NCBI GenBank assembly: GCA_038249055.1
Contig: JBBRWS010000005.1
Location: 1,822-65,821 of the forward strand
DNA from: Minisyncoccia bacterium
Lineage (GTDB): Bacteria; Patescibacteriota; Minisyncoccia; Phycocordibacterales; UBA9973
DNA length: 64,000 nucleotides
Direction: 5' to 3'
Shown here: piece after piece, positions 43,264 through 52,956 of the stretch
How the letters are laid out: the number at the start of each line of letters is the position of its first letter
Numbering within the stretch: the stretch's first letter is position 1
The notes under the pieces: model-generated
Told to the model about the DNA's origin: nothing
The model's database searches: none
Seen by the model: only the letters and a program-made list of their open reading frames with translations
Translations under genes and position numbers: made by a program

Positions 43264-45402
43264 TTATATTTTTAGTGGTTCTTCTTTTTTAAAGAAGTTT
43301 GCGTTTGCTTCCTTTATAGATAAATTTAGGCGTCCTCTTTCATCCACCTTTATAACTTTTACTGGAACAATTGCTCCTTCTTTAAGGATGTCAGTAACTT
43401 TTTCTACGCGAAATGGTGCAATTTCAGAAATATGAACTAGTCCTTCTGTGTCATGTCCTATTTTTACAAAAGCTCCAAAATCCATAATTTTTACAACTTC
43501 ACCTTCTGCTGTGTCACCAATTTTATATTCATGAGTCATGCTTTCAATGATAGCTACGGCTTTTTCTGCTCCACCATTTTTACCTGTTACAAAAACAGTT
43601 CCATCTTCTTCTATTGTTATTTCTGTTCCTGTTTGTTCACGAATAGCATTTATATTTTTTCCACCTGGTCCGATAACCATTCCTATTTGATCTTTTTTAA
43701 TTTTAACAGTCAAAATCATTGGAGCATTTGGAGAAATATTTGCACGTGGTGTTGAAATTTCAGCTGTGATTGCTTCAAGAATTTTTAGACGTGCTACTTT
43801 TGCACGACCTAGAGCCTCCTTTAGTATAGATAGTTTAACGCCATCAACTTTAACATCTAGCTGAATAGCAGTGATTCCATTTTTAGTTCCGGCAACTTTA
43901 AAGTCCATATCACCATAATGGTCTTCTGGTCCTTGAATGTCCGATAGAAGCACATATTTATTTGTGTCCTTTTCATCTGACATTAGTCCGATAGAAATTC
44001 CAGCCACAGGAGTTTTGATTGGCACACCACCATCCATAAGAGCAATAGTTGCTGCACAAATAGAAGCTTGAGAGGTAGAACCATTTGATGCAGTTGATTC
44101 TGATACTACGCGAATAGTATAAGGGAATAAACTTTTTTCTGGAATAACAGGAGTGAGTGCTTTCTCAGCTAAAAATCCATGACCCATTTCTCTTCTGTTT
44201 ATTCCACCAACACGACCTGTTTCACCGCCAGAGTATGGAGGGAAATTGTAGTGATGCATGAAACGTTTCTTTGATTCCGACTCCATTCCTTGAACAGCCA
44301 ACATATCTTCTGGTCCTCCTAGTGCAAGAACTGAAAGAACATGAGTTTCACCTCTGTAGAAAATTCCAGAACCGTGTAACACATCGGAGATACCTCCAGC
44401 CTTAGCATAAAGAGATCTAATTTCATCTACAGCTCTTCCATCTGCACGAATTCCTTGAAGCAAAGCCATCTTGTGAAACGCACCGTCTAAGTAATGATGT
44501 AGATAATCTTCGGCAACAGCTTTTTCTTTACTATCTTCATCGTCTTTGTATTTTTCATCTAATATTTCATTCCAAAGAGTTTCAGCTTCGCTTGTAACCT
44601 TTTTACTTTCTTTTGAAAAAAGTTTTTCTTCAAGCATTGGTCTTATTTTTGCATCAAAAATAGATACGATGTCCGTGTCCATTTGAGTTTTTGGAAATAG
44701 TAGTTTTTCTTTACCAAGTTCAGTTGATAATGTCTTTTGGAAGTCTTCCCATTTTGAAATTTCAATTGATGCTAAATCAAAACATTGACCCATTTCTTCA
44801 TCAGACAATTCAAAGGCCATAGCCTCAATCATGTTGATTGTTTTGTCTTTTCCACAAACAAGTAAATCTAGTTCATAAACCGCCTCGTCCGCGTTTGGAA
44901 TATAATTGTTAACTTTTATTGTTTGGTCTTCTTTTGTTTTACTTATTTGAATAGCACCAATTGGTCCATTCCAAGGAATATCTGATGTATGAAGTGCAAT
45001 TGAAACCGCATTTATTCCTAAAGTTTTTGGGTCTGTATTCCCAACTGCAATAACAGTGACAATAACTTGTACAGCATTTTTTATATGCTGATCGAAAAGA
45101 GGTCGGATTGTGCGGTCTATCATACGAGCAGCCAATATAGATTGGTCACTTGGACGGCCCTCTCTCTTATTGTATTGACCTCCTAGTATTTTACCGGCAG
45201 CATAAAACTTTTCTAAATACTCAACAGTTAGATTGAAGTAGCCCATGTTTTTACTTCCATCTTTTGAAATCACAGCTGTTGCCATAACTACTGTTCCCTC
45301 ACTTTTTAAAATTACAGAGCCATTTGCCTGGTTTGCTAAATCTGAAAAAATTGCGGTAATAGTTTTTCCGCCTATTTCTACTTCGTATTCTTTACTTTGC
45401 AT
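43264..45402 (-). CDS. pnp: Polyribonucleotide nucleotidyltransferase (PNPase)
   Basis: 712 aa; two RNase PH domains, KH and S1 domains (FGAFVKIGHDTEGLVHISEI). Confidence 0.95.
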   Translation of the reverse strand: MQSKEYEVEIGGKTITAIFSDLANQANGSVILKSEGTVVMATAVISKDGSKNMGYFNLTVEYLEKFYAAGKILGGQYNKREGRPSDQSILAARMIDRTIRPLFDQHIKNAVQVIVTVIAVGNTDPKTLGINAVSIALHTSDIPWNGPIGAIQISKTKEDQTIKVNNYIPNADEAVYELDLLVCGKDKTINMIEAMAFELSDEEMGQCFDLASIEISKWEDFQKTLSTELGKEKLLFPKTQMDTDIVSIFDAKIRPMLEEKLFSKESKKVTSEAETLWNEILDEKYKDDEDSKEKAVAEDYLHHYLDGAFHKMALLQGIRADGRAVDEIRSLYAKAGGISDVLHGSGIFYRGETHVLSVLALGGPEDMLAVQGMESESKKRFMHHYNFPPYSGGETGRVGGINRREMGHGFLAEKALTPVIPEKSLFPYTIRVVSESTASNGSTSQASICAATIALMDGGVPIKTPVAGISIGLMSDEKDTNKYVLLSDIQGPEDHYGDMDFKVAGTKNGITAIQLDVKVDGVKLSILKEALGRAKVARLKILEAITAEISTPRANISPNAPMILTVKIKKDQIGMVIGPGGKNINAIREQTGTEITIEEDGTVFVTGKNGGAEKAVAIIESMTHEYKIGDTAEGEVVKIMDFGAFVKIGHDTEGLVHISEIAPFRVEKVTDILKEGAIVPVKVIKVDERGRLNLSIKEANANFFKKEEPLKI

Positions 45403-45548
45403 ATATTGATGTCTAGTCTCCAGACTCTAGTTTTGAAACTCATATTTATGGCTTCAACTCTAATTGTCCGGAGATTAGAAATTAAACTATTAATACCTAG
45501 AGCATAGCAAAAATCCCTCCTTTTTCAAAGAGAGATTTAATAGGTAGT

Positions 45549-45740
45549 TTATTTATCTTTTTCGTTTCGCCCAATAGAATAAGCAATCAGTGCTATTCCA
45601 AAAATAAGACATATCCAAGAATAATTATCTTGAGCATGAAATTCTGGCATATTTATTTCCATCTTTCTGTATGAAAATAAAGTTATTATAGAACCAATAC
45701 TTACAATAATTCCGATAATTAAGGAAGATTTTTCTTTCAT
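45549..45740 (-). CDS. Small two-TM membrane protein, hypothetical
   Basis: 63 aa; two hydrophobic helices; between the NYN gene and pnp. Confidence 0.25.
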   Translation of the reverse strand: MKEKSSLIIGIIVSIGSIITLFSYRKMEINMPEFHAQDNYSWICLIFGIALIAYSIGRNEKDK

Positions 45741-45840
45741 GATTGTTTTACTTTTTGTTTTTTTGAGTATGATATTTATTTAATAAATTGTCAAATAAAA
45801 AACCTAGAGAATAATCTAGGTTTTTTATTAAATTTATTTT

Positions 45841-46347
45841 TTAGTATATTAAATACTTTCTGTAGTTGTTCGATAAATCTAAGAAATCATCTGCTTGTTC
45901 TTTTAGTTTCATAGATGCACTTTTTCCAAAAGATACTACTTCTACTTGAACTCCAGATGTACTTTGCAAATATTCTACTAGTGGTACGAAATCTCCATCT
46001 CCTGCGACTAAAATAACCGCATCAAGTTTTGGGGCCATCTTCATTGCATCAACTGCAAGTCCAACATCCCAATCCCCCTTTTTGGCTCCACCAGCAAAGA
46101 TTTGTAAATCTTTTGTCCTTGTTTCTATTCCAAGTTTTGTTAATGCTTCAAAAAAATTTTTCTCTTCACCTCCTTCACTTGTAATAACATAAGCAATTGC
46201 ACGAACGAGTTTACGTCCAGCAACTGCATCTTTTAAAACTGCTCCAAAGTTTACTTTTCTTTTATATAAATTTTTAGCAGAGTGATATAGATTTGATGTA
46301 TCTATAAAAACTCCCACTCTTTGTTCTTTGTGTTTGATTACACTCAT
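45841..46347 (-). CDS. NYN/LabA-like domain protein (predicted RNase)
   Basis: Start taken at ATG 46347 (MSVIKHKEQRVGVFID...), which directly follows the element's 3' arm; NYN motifs GVFIDTSN ... VLVAGDGDF; the track ORF begins at an upstream GTG (46383) inside the element. Confidence 0.65.
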   Translation of the reverse strand: MSVIKHKEQRVGVFIDTSNLYHSAKNLYKRKVNFGAVLKDAVAGRKLVRAIAYVITSEGGEEKNFFEALTKLGIETRTKDLQIFAGGAKKGDWDVGLAVDAMKMAPKLDAVILVAGDGDFVPLVEYLQSTSGVQVEVVSFGKSASMKLKEQADDFLDLSNNYRKYLIY

Positions 46348-46468
46348 CCCGTTAGAAGCAGGTCGTGGTCTTTTAAAACTCACATACCTACCTAATTAAA
46401 TTGTTATATTATATGAACCCGCCATATTTTCTATAGATGCCATGACCACGGCTTCTAACGGGACTCAT
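46345..46468 (-). promoter_or_regulatory. Instance 4 of the inverted-repeat 5'-leader element (5' arm ATGAGTCCCGTTAGAAGCCGTGGTC; 3' arm GACCACGACCTGCTTCTAACGGG + ATG) between rpsO and the NYN gene
   Basis: About 22-bp near-perfect long-range stem enclosing about 65 nt; the start codon immediately follows the 3' arm. Confidence 0.55.
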
Positions 46469-46576
46469 ATTTTTTATTCTTTGTATTAAAAATTAATCAT
46501 CGACCATTGTTAGGTTAACAATATTGTTATTATATAACAAAAGACCCTCCCGAGTAAGTCTCAGAAGGGAATTTTG

Positions 46577-46837
46577 TTATGATTTTAATTTTTTAGTTTC
46601 AGTTGCAAATCTTTCTTTATCTGTCTTTTCTAGGTATTTTAAATGATTTCTGCGATCAGCAACCATTTTAATAAGTCCACGGCGTGAGTGATTGTCTTTC
46701 TTGTGTTCTTTTAAGTGACCTGCAAGTTCGTCGATTCTTTTGCTTAAAATAGCAATCTGCACTTCTGGACTACCTGTATCTGTAGCGTGCAATTGACTCT
46801 TTTTTATAATATTTTGCTTTTTCTTTGTTGTTAACAT
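46577..46837 (-). CDS. rpsO: 30S ribosomal protein S15
   Basis: 86 aa; conserved S15 sequence ([34 protein letters not shown]); classical rpsO-pnp neighbourhood. Confidence 0.9.
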   Translation of the reverse strand: MLTTKKKQNIIKKSQLHATDTGSPEVQIAILSKRIDELAGHLKEHKKDNHSRRGLIKMVADRRNHLKYLEKTDKERFATETKKLKS

Positions 46838-46994
46838 TGTGCGTGTATATTAGCATAAATTATTAAATAATGCAAGAGCTCCCCCGTAGGCCTATTTTTA
46901 GGGTCTTTTTTCCTGTTTTTAAAAATTTTATAAAAATATAGTTATCCACATACTTTACTTGACTAAAGTACTTTACTAAGATAAAGTATAGAGT

Positions 46995-47315
46995 ATGAAA
47001 GAATTAAATTGGGACACAAAAGAAAATCGACAACTGATAGATGCTTTACTTTCTATTAAAAATAAAGACGAAGCAAGTCGATTTTTACGCGATCTCATGA
47101 CTCAAGGTGAAATTGAAGAATTTTCAAATAGACTAGAAGCTGCTCGCCTACTTATGAATAATACCCAGTACGCTGCAATTATAGAAAGGACAGGTCTTTC
47201 TTCTACAACAATTGCTAGAATCTCAAAATGGCTAAAAGGTCCACTTGGTGGATATCGTTTGATTTTAAATAAACTACATCATCCTATCTCAAAAACTGAG
47301 AAAGGGTTGTCTTGA
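46995..47315 (+). CDS. YerC/YecD-family TrpR-like DNA-binding protein
   Basis: 106 aa; helix-turn-helix region STTIARISKWLKG; a perfect DnaA box TTATCCACA at about 46943-46951 upstream. Confidence 0.6.
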   Translation: MKELNWDTKENRQLIDALLSIKNKDEASRFLRDLMTQGEIEEFSNRLEAARLLMNNTQYAAIIERTGLSSTTIARISKWLKGPLGGYRLILNKLHHPISKTEKGLS

Positions 47316-47346
47316 TGTGTGTAATTAATTTTTTATATAAAGCCAA

Positions 47347-47380
47347 CCCCTTCTCAATTTTTGAGGAGGGGTTTTATTTA
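47347..47380 (+). terminator. Intrinsic terminator (CCCCTTCTC-AATTTTT-GAGGAGGGG + T-run)
   Basis: 9-bp stem with one G-U pair; followed by TTTTATTTATT; it overlaps the TTG start of track ORF 47361, so ATG 47400 is the likelier start. Confidence 0.6.
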
Positions 47381-47399
47381 TTATTCTTATATAAAAATT

Positions 47400-47936
47400 A
47401 TGAAAACAAATCAAAAAATTCAAATAGGTGTTATGGGCTCAGCTAGCGACCTTGGTTATTCTGAAAAGATTGCCATTCTTGCGGAGGAAGTAGGTTTTTG
47501 TGTAGCTCAAAAAGGAGCAGCTCTTATTTTTGGAGCTGAGAAAGATTGTGACTCTCTATCTACCTCTGCTTGTCGTGGAGCTAAAAAAGCAGGTGGTCTA
47601 ACTGTCGGTGTTACTTATGGAAAAGGAAAAGATGTATATGAGAAGGAAACAGCAGATATTATTATATCAAGTGGACTTGAGAGAGGTGGTGGCAGAGAGC
47701 TGACATTAGTGCTTAGTTGTGATGGCATTATCACAATTGGAGGAGGTTCAGGAACTCTTACGGAGATGGCAATTGCATATCAGGCTAACATTCCAATTGT
47801 CGCAATTGAAGATACTGGAGGGTGGAGTGATAAGTTGGCAGGAGAGTATATAGACGAAAGAAAGAGGTTTAAGGTCGAAAAAGCCAAGACGCCAAAAGAA
47901 GCCGTTGATTTATTATTAGAATTAATCAACGAATAA
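47400..47936 (+). CDS. LOG/TIGR00725-like Rossmann-fold nucleotide-binding protein
   Basis: 178 aa from ATG 47400; GxMGSAS N-terminal motif, GGGSGTLTEM motif typical of LOG/SLOG superfamily. Confidence 0.55.
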   Translation: MKTNQKIQIGVMGSASDLGYSEKIAILAEEVGFCVAQKGAALIFGAEKDCDSLSTSACRGAKKAGGLTVGVTYGKGKDVYEKETADIIISSGLERGGGRELTLVLSCDGIITIGGGSGTLTEMAIAYQANIPIVAIEDTGGWSDKLAGEYIDERKRFKVEKAKTPKEAVDLLLELINE

Positions 47937-47938
47937 TT

Positions 47939-48624
47939 ATGAAAAATATTTCTAACATAGATAAAAATAAGCCGACAATATTTTTAGATCTAGATGGAAC
48001 TTTATATCTTTTTAAAAGTGGCAGTTTTTCTAAATCAAATCTAAAAAAATAGTTATCAAAAATGCAAAACTTTTTATAATGAATAAATTAAAAGTAAATT
48101 CTGCTGAATCAAATAAAGTATTAATAAATATAAATAATTTATATGGAGAAAATATTAGTACTGGATTGGAGGAGTTATATCAAATACCTAAAAAAACATA
48201 TTTTGATAATGTTTGGAATATTAAAGCAAAAAATATCATTAAATATGATAAGAGACTGAATAATTTAGTAACAAAACTAAAAATTAAATTTAATGTTTTG
48301 GTTGTTTCTGATGCACCTATAGTTTGGATTATAAATGCTCTTAAGGAAATGAAGATATATTCATTATTAAAAAATAACATAATTTCAGGTGAAGGAAAAT
48401 ATCGTAAAGGTCTGGGTAATCAGTTTGCAAGAATATTAAAAATTTATAATTTAAAACCAGATAAATGTATTGCTGTAGGAGATCAAGAAAAAAGTGATAT
48501 TATACCAGCTTATAATTTGGGGATAAGAACAATATTTGTGAGTAAGGTACAAAGTGAATATGCAGATTATACTACTTTAAATATCAATAATATTTATAAA
48601 ATAATTACAAAACTAAATATATGA
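47939..48624 (+). pseudogene. HAD-superfamily hydrolase interrupted by a frameshift at an A7 run (N-terminal 37-codon ORF with DxDGT motif I; remainder in another frame)
   Basis: 47939..48052 encodes MKNISNIDKNKPTIFLDLDGTLYLF... then TAG; the frame carrying 48079..48624 is open back to about 48034; motif AVGDQEKSDI in the downstream part; shift site within CTAAAAAAAT. Confidence 0.55.
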
Positions 48625-48905
48625 AAAAAATTAACTACAAAAATAACATCAAACACCATATAAACCTTTTCTTAGAAGAGGCTTGTTGTAGATAGAATTA
48701 ATTTTCTCTACAGAATACCTCTTCTCGGAAGAGGTATTTCTTTTGAAGAAGAGTAGTTAGTTCTTTAACAATTAAATAAATATTATTTTGATGAATTAAT
48801 TTAATTAAAATAAAGATATTTTTTCAACAGACATTTATCTACTCTTACTAAGAGATTAAAGTAGATTCAGTTGTTATAATTTTTTAACCAATTAATAACT
48901 TTAAA

Positions 48906-49769
48906 ATGAAAACAAAATCTTATGTTGTTTCAGCAGATATCTATCTGCTTCTTACTAAGTGGGCAAAAGAAAAAAATTTCATTTTGCCGAGTAAAGAATT
49001 CTTTGATAAATTAAGAAAAGAATTCTCTCTCTACATGCTTCAAATTTTTTCTTCTTTTGAATTTATTTCAGAAGAAGAAATTTTGAAGCACATGCAAAGT
49101 GTTACAATAGAAAGTTTTCTTCCTGTTGTAACACTCGATTAAGTTTATTGCCCTTCTGTTTATGGTATAGATCTTACTAGGAAAGTAGATTTAAAGGGTG
49201 TAGACAAGGGTCTCTATGGCCGTTTTGGTAGCCCATCATTTTTGAAACAAATTAATGATTTAAAAATGAAAGGCATAAGACAAATTTGTTTAGTTGATGA
49301 TGTCATTTTTTCTGGAGTACTCATTGATAGGTTGATAAAGGTGCTTTGTGGTTATGGAATAACTGTTCCCCTAGTGTGTGCAGGTATAGGAATAATAGAA
49401 GGCATAGATCGTATCACAAATGGGAAAAAGATTAAAATTGATTGTGCAAAAGTTTATGATGATGTAATTGATGAAGTATGTGAAAGAGATTTTTATCTTG
49501 GCGTACCTTATTCTGGAAGATCAGTAATAGATAACGAGAATATCAGTATTCCTTATTTTCTTCCTTATGGTAAACCAGGAGATTGGGCATCTATTCCAAT
49601 CCCCTTTGAAATTGAGTTTTCAAAATTTTGCATAGGCCAATCAATTTCTTTATTTGAAGAAATAGAGATAGTGTCAAAAAGAAAAGTTTGCTGTTCAGAT
49701 ATTGAACGCAAAATACCAAAACAACCTAAAGTAGGGAATTATGTTGATTTCTTAAAAAGTATTATTTAA
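48906..49769 (+). pseudogene. Phosphoribosyltransferase (PRT)-type protein interrupted by a single in-frame TAA (49140-49142)
   Basis: ORFs 48906..49142 and 49242..49769 are in the same frame with no other stop between; PRPP-binding-like CLVDDVIFSGVL would lie at residue about 130 of the fused 288-codon frame. Confidence 0.5.
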
Positions 49770-49847
49770 ATTTATTAAAACCTTGGATTAAGCGATTCAA
49801 GGTTTTTATTTTACGACATTAAAAAATAAAATGATATAATCTATCAT

Positions 49848-50783
49848 ATGGTAAGTGAACTAGAACAACTAAAAAGGGAATTTCTTGAACACGTTGAAAT
49901 AGAAAAAGGAAACAGCCTAAAAACTGTAAATAATTATAATTATTACATTTCGCGATTTTTTGAATTTGCAAAAATATCGGAACCAAAAGAAATAACTGAT
50001 GAAAAAATTCGTGAGTTCAGGTTGTATTTGAATCGTCAACCGGGTGTAAAAATAAAAGGTCAACAATCAGGTACTCTTAAAAAAAATACTCAGAATTATC
50101 ATTTGATTGCTCTCCGAACTTTTCTTAAATATCTAATGAAAAGAGGCATTACTTCTCTCTCCCCCGAACGTATAGACTTGGCTAAAATAAAAGAGCGCTC
50201 GCTTGATTTGATTTCGTCTGCAGAATTAAATAGATTATTGAATGCACCGATGACACAACCCATTACAGATAAGAAATTTGATAATCAAAAAAGATTAAGA
50301 GACAAAGCAATTTTAGAATTATTTTTTTCAACAGGATTACGTTTGTCTGAACTTTGCTCTATTAATAGAGATTTGGATTTATCAAAAGATGAATTTTCAA
50401 TTCGTGGAAAAGGAGAAAAAGTGAGAGTTGTGTTTTTATCTGATTCAGCAAAAGAGGCAATTCGTGAATATTTAAAAAGTCGTAAAGATATGGATGAACC
50501 CCTATTTATTCAATATTCAAGTAATGTAGGAGAAAGTAATAGACTGACACCTCGTTCGATAGAAAGAATTGTAAAATATTATGCTATTGTAGCTGGTATC
50601 TCAAAAAAGGTTACACCTCATATTATTCGTCACTCTTTTGCTACAGATTTACTTTCAAATGGTGCGGATATACGTTCTGTTCAGATGATGCTCGGACATG
50701 CAAATATAGCAACCACACAAATCTATACACATATTACTGATAAGCAACTTAAAGATGTTCATAAAAAATTTCACAGTAAATAA
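49848..50783 (+). CDS. xerD: Tyrosine site-specific recombinase, XerC/XerD-like
   Basis: 311 aa; N-terminal SAM-like domain; C-terminal R..HxxR..Y catalytic set (RHSFATDLL ... LGHANIATTQIYTH). Confidence 0.8.
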   Translation: MVSELEQLKREFLEHVEIEKGNSLKTVNNYNYYISRFFEFAKISEPKEITDEKIREFRLYLNRQPGVKIKGQQSGTLKKNTQNYHLIALRTFLKYLMKRGITSLSPERIDLAKIKERSLDLISSAELNRLLNAPMTQPITDKKFDNQKRLRDKAILELFFSTGLRLSELCSINRDLDLSKDEFSIRGKGEKVRVVFLSDSAKEAIREYLKSRKDMDEPLFIQYSSNVGESNRLTPRSIERIVKYYAIVAGISKKVTPHIIRHSFATDLLSNGADIRSVQMMLGHANIATTQIYTHITDKQLKDVHKKFHSK

Positions 50784-50792
50784 ATATAAAAC

Positions 50793-50826
50793 GCTCACAG
50801 GTTTTTAATCTGTGAGCATTTTTTAT
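50793..50826. terminator. Bidirectional intrinsic terminator (GCTCACAG-loop-CTGTGAGC) between convergent xerD and 50823..51356
   Basis: 8-bp stem, A-run upstream, T-run downstream. Confidence 0.65.
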
Positions 50827-51356
50827 TTTATGTTTATTAAATTGGGATTTTGTAATACAATATCCCAAAGTCCATTATACCCCATTTTTTCAGGGTATGA
50901 GACTGCTTCTTCTGCAGAAAGAGCAAAAATAAAATTTTTAATGTCTTCTCCTTTAATAACAAGTCCCCAAAAATGATTACAGTTAATTTTCTTTGCAATT
51001 TCTAATTTTTCTTCGGGTCCTTTGTCTTTTAGAAATAGCTCAGTTTTTGAGGTTAGAGCGCCAGAAATCATTTTCCAAAAACCATGATGGTTTATTTTTT
51101 CTATTATATTAAAGGCGGTCACAACATCTGTGTCCTCTCTTGTAATGTAACTTATTGGAACTTTCCAGCTATCTCCCTCATAAGCAAAAGCAATAATTTC
51201 AGCTTCTCTGTTGGTTAATTTTGGGTTTAAAATTTCTGAAACCCATAATTCCAAATCGTTAATTTTTTTTAGAAGATGAACTTTATCTACCAACTGCTTG
51301 TCCTCGGCTCCGTTTGAGCCTTCATCAAAATTTTTTTTAAAGTCAAAATTTTTCAT
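50823..51356 (-). CDS. Hypothetical protein
   Basis: 177 aa; no recognisable motif. Confidence 0.35.
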   Translation of the reverse strand: MKNFDFKKNFDEGSNGAEDKQLVDKVHLLKKINDLELWVSEILNPKLTNREAEIIAFAYEGDSWKVPISYITREDTDVVTAFNIIEKINHHGFWKMISGALTSKTELFLKDKGPEEKLEIAKKINCNHFWGLVIKGEDIKNFIFALSAEEAVSYPEKMGYNGLWDIVLQNPNLINIK

Positions 51357-51442
51357 TTCAGGCCTCCTTTAATTTAAATGATTTTATCTTTTTCACATTA
51401 TAACACTTTTTAATAGTCAACGTATTTTTTATAATATATAAT

Positions 51443-52237
51443 ATGACAATGAAGATTATATCTTGGAATACAAATGGATTACGAGCAACAGTAAAACAAG
51501 GGAACTTTATTCCCCTCTTTGCTTTTAATAACCCAGATATTGTTTGTTTTCAGGAAACCAAATGTGAAAAAGATCAGCTTGACGAAAAAACGAGAAATTT
51601 AAATGGTTATAATTCATATTTTTCACATTCAAAAGACAAAAAAGGCTATAGTGGTGTAGCTATATATTCAAAATTAAAACCAGACAATGTAGAATATGGG
51701 ATTGGAATTCCTAAATTTGATGACGAAGGAAGAACAATCGTCGCATATTATAAAGATTTTATTTTAATAAACTGTTATTTTCCTAATGGAGGTGGGGGCC
51801 CAGAACGGTTAAAATATAAATTGGAATTTTATGACGCTTTTTTGTTGTTTATTAATAAATTAAAGGATGAAAAGAAAAATGTAATATTTTGTGGTGATGT
51901 GAATACTGCTCACGAAGAAATAGATTTAGCACGTCCAAAAGCAAACGAAGATAATACCGGTTTTCTTCCTGTGGAGCGTGCTTGGCTTGATGAAGTTATA
52001 AATAATGGATGGGTAGATATATTTCGAAATTTTTATCCAGAAAAAAGAGAAGTTTATACTTATTGGGATATGAAAACTCGGGCACGAGATAGAAATGTAG
52101 GATGGAGGATAGATTATTTTTTTACCAACCAGTCTTTTGTAAAAAATATAAAAAGTTTTAAAACAATGTCAGATTATTATGGATCAGATCATTGCCCTAT
52201 AATGATTGACATTAAACTCCAATCGGGCGTACAATAG
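51443..52237 (+). CDS. xth: Exodeoxyribonuclease III / AP endonuclease
   Basis: 264 aa; MKIISWNTNGLRA start, EEP-fold catalytic residues (FQETK, NGGG, SDHCP). Confidence 0.88.
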   Translation: MTMKIISWNTNGLRATVKQGNFIPLFAFNNPDIVCFQETKCEKDQLDEKTRNLNGYNSYFSHSKDKKGYSGVAIYSKLKPDNVEYGIGIPKFDDEGRTIVAYYKDFILINCYFPNGGGGPERLKYKLEFYDAFLLFINKLKDEKKNVIFCGDVNTAHEEIDLARPKANEDNTGFLPVERAWLDEVINNGWVDIFRNFYPEKREVYTYWDMKTRARDRNVGWRIDYFFTNQSFVKNIKSFKTMSDYYGSDHCPIMIDIKLQSGVQ

Positions 52238-52454
52238 AACTATATTTGTCCTTTGTGATTGATTGCACTATATATTGATTGATTGTATTTGATCCTGCCT
52301 TTGTTGGCGATTTAATTCTCATTGGTTAATAATAATGGTTTTCTTTCTTGTTTTTAAATGGAAAATAGGCTTAGTTTATCTAAGCCTATTTTTATTTGAC
52401 TAAATTCGTTATAAGTCGTAATATCAAGAAAAAATATACCTAAAATTTATAACT

Positions 52455-52910
52455 ATGAGTTTTGAAGAAGATGAAGAAGTATTTGATGTTGAAATATTAA
52501 ATACTGATATGCCTGAAGATTTGAAGGTTTTTATGGAAAAATGGGAGTTATCCTTACAAGATGAATTACCTCTAATTAGCCCTGGATTTAAAAAACTGGG
52601 ATTAAAAAATATTTCTATGAAACTGTCTGAAATTTATTTATATTTAGACCAAATTTCTTCTCAGGCGGACACGGCAAATGCCTGTCATCTTGGTTTTGCG
52701 TATGGTCTTTTGAATAACAAAGAAAAAATTCCTAAAGAACTAAAAGAATACATTCTTATTTTTAAGACAATCTTTGTAGACAAGCAAGGTCTTAAATCTT
52801 TTATGTGCTTAGATTGTGCTTATGGAAAAAAAGAATGGGGTTTTAATTTTATTGCTGAAGGTTTTATTACCCCACCAGAAAGAGCCCGTTTTCTTTGTTG
52901 TATTGAATAG
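52455..52910 (+). CDS. Hypothetical protein
   Basis: 151 aa; acidic N-terminus; no motif. Confidence 0.3.
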   Translation: MSFEEDEEVFDVEILNTDMPEDLKVFMEKWELSLQDELPLISPGFKKLGLKNISMKLSEIYLYLDQISSQADTANACHLGFAYGLLNNKEKIPKELKEYILIFKTIFVDKQGLKSFMCLDCAYGKKEWGFNFIAEGFITPPERARFLCCIE

Positions 52911-52956
52911 TATAAAAATAATAATTTAAAACCAGAACGATTTTTTCGCTCTGGTT

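Noticed and set aside
46348-46383. GTG-initiated N-terminal extension of the NYN gene (MSFKRPRPASNG...)
   Set aside because: The extension is simply the translated 3' arm of the leader element; the ATG at 46347 immediately after the arm matches the start-codon context seen at the other element instances.
47361-47399. TTG-initiated N-terminal extension of the LOG-like gene from the ORF track
   Set aside because: The extension overlaps a strong intrinsic terminator hairpin (47347..47380); the ATG at 47400 after the terminator is the likelier start.
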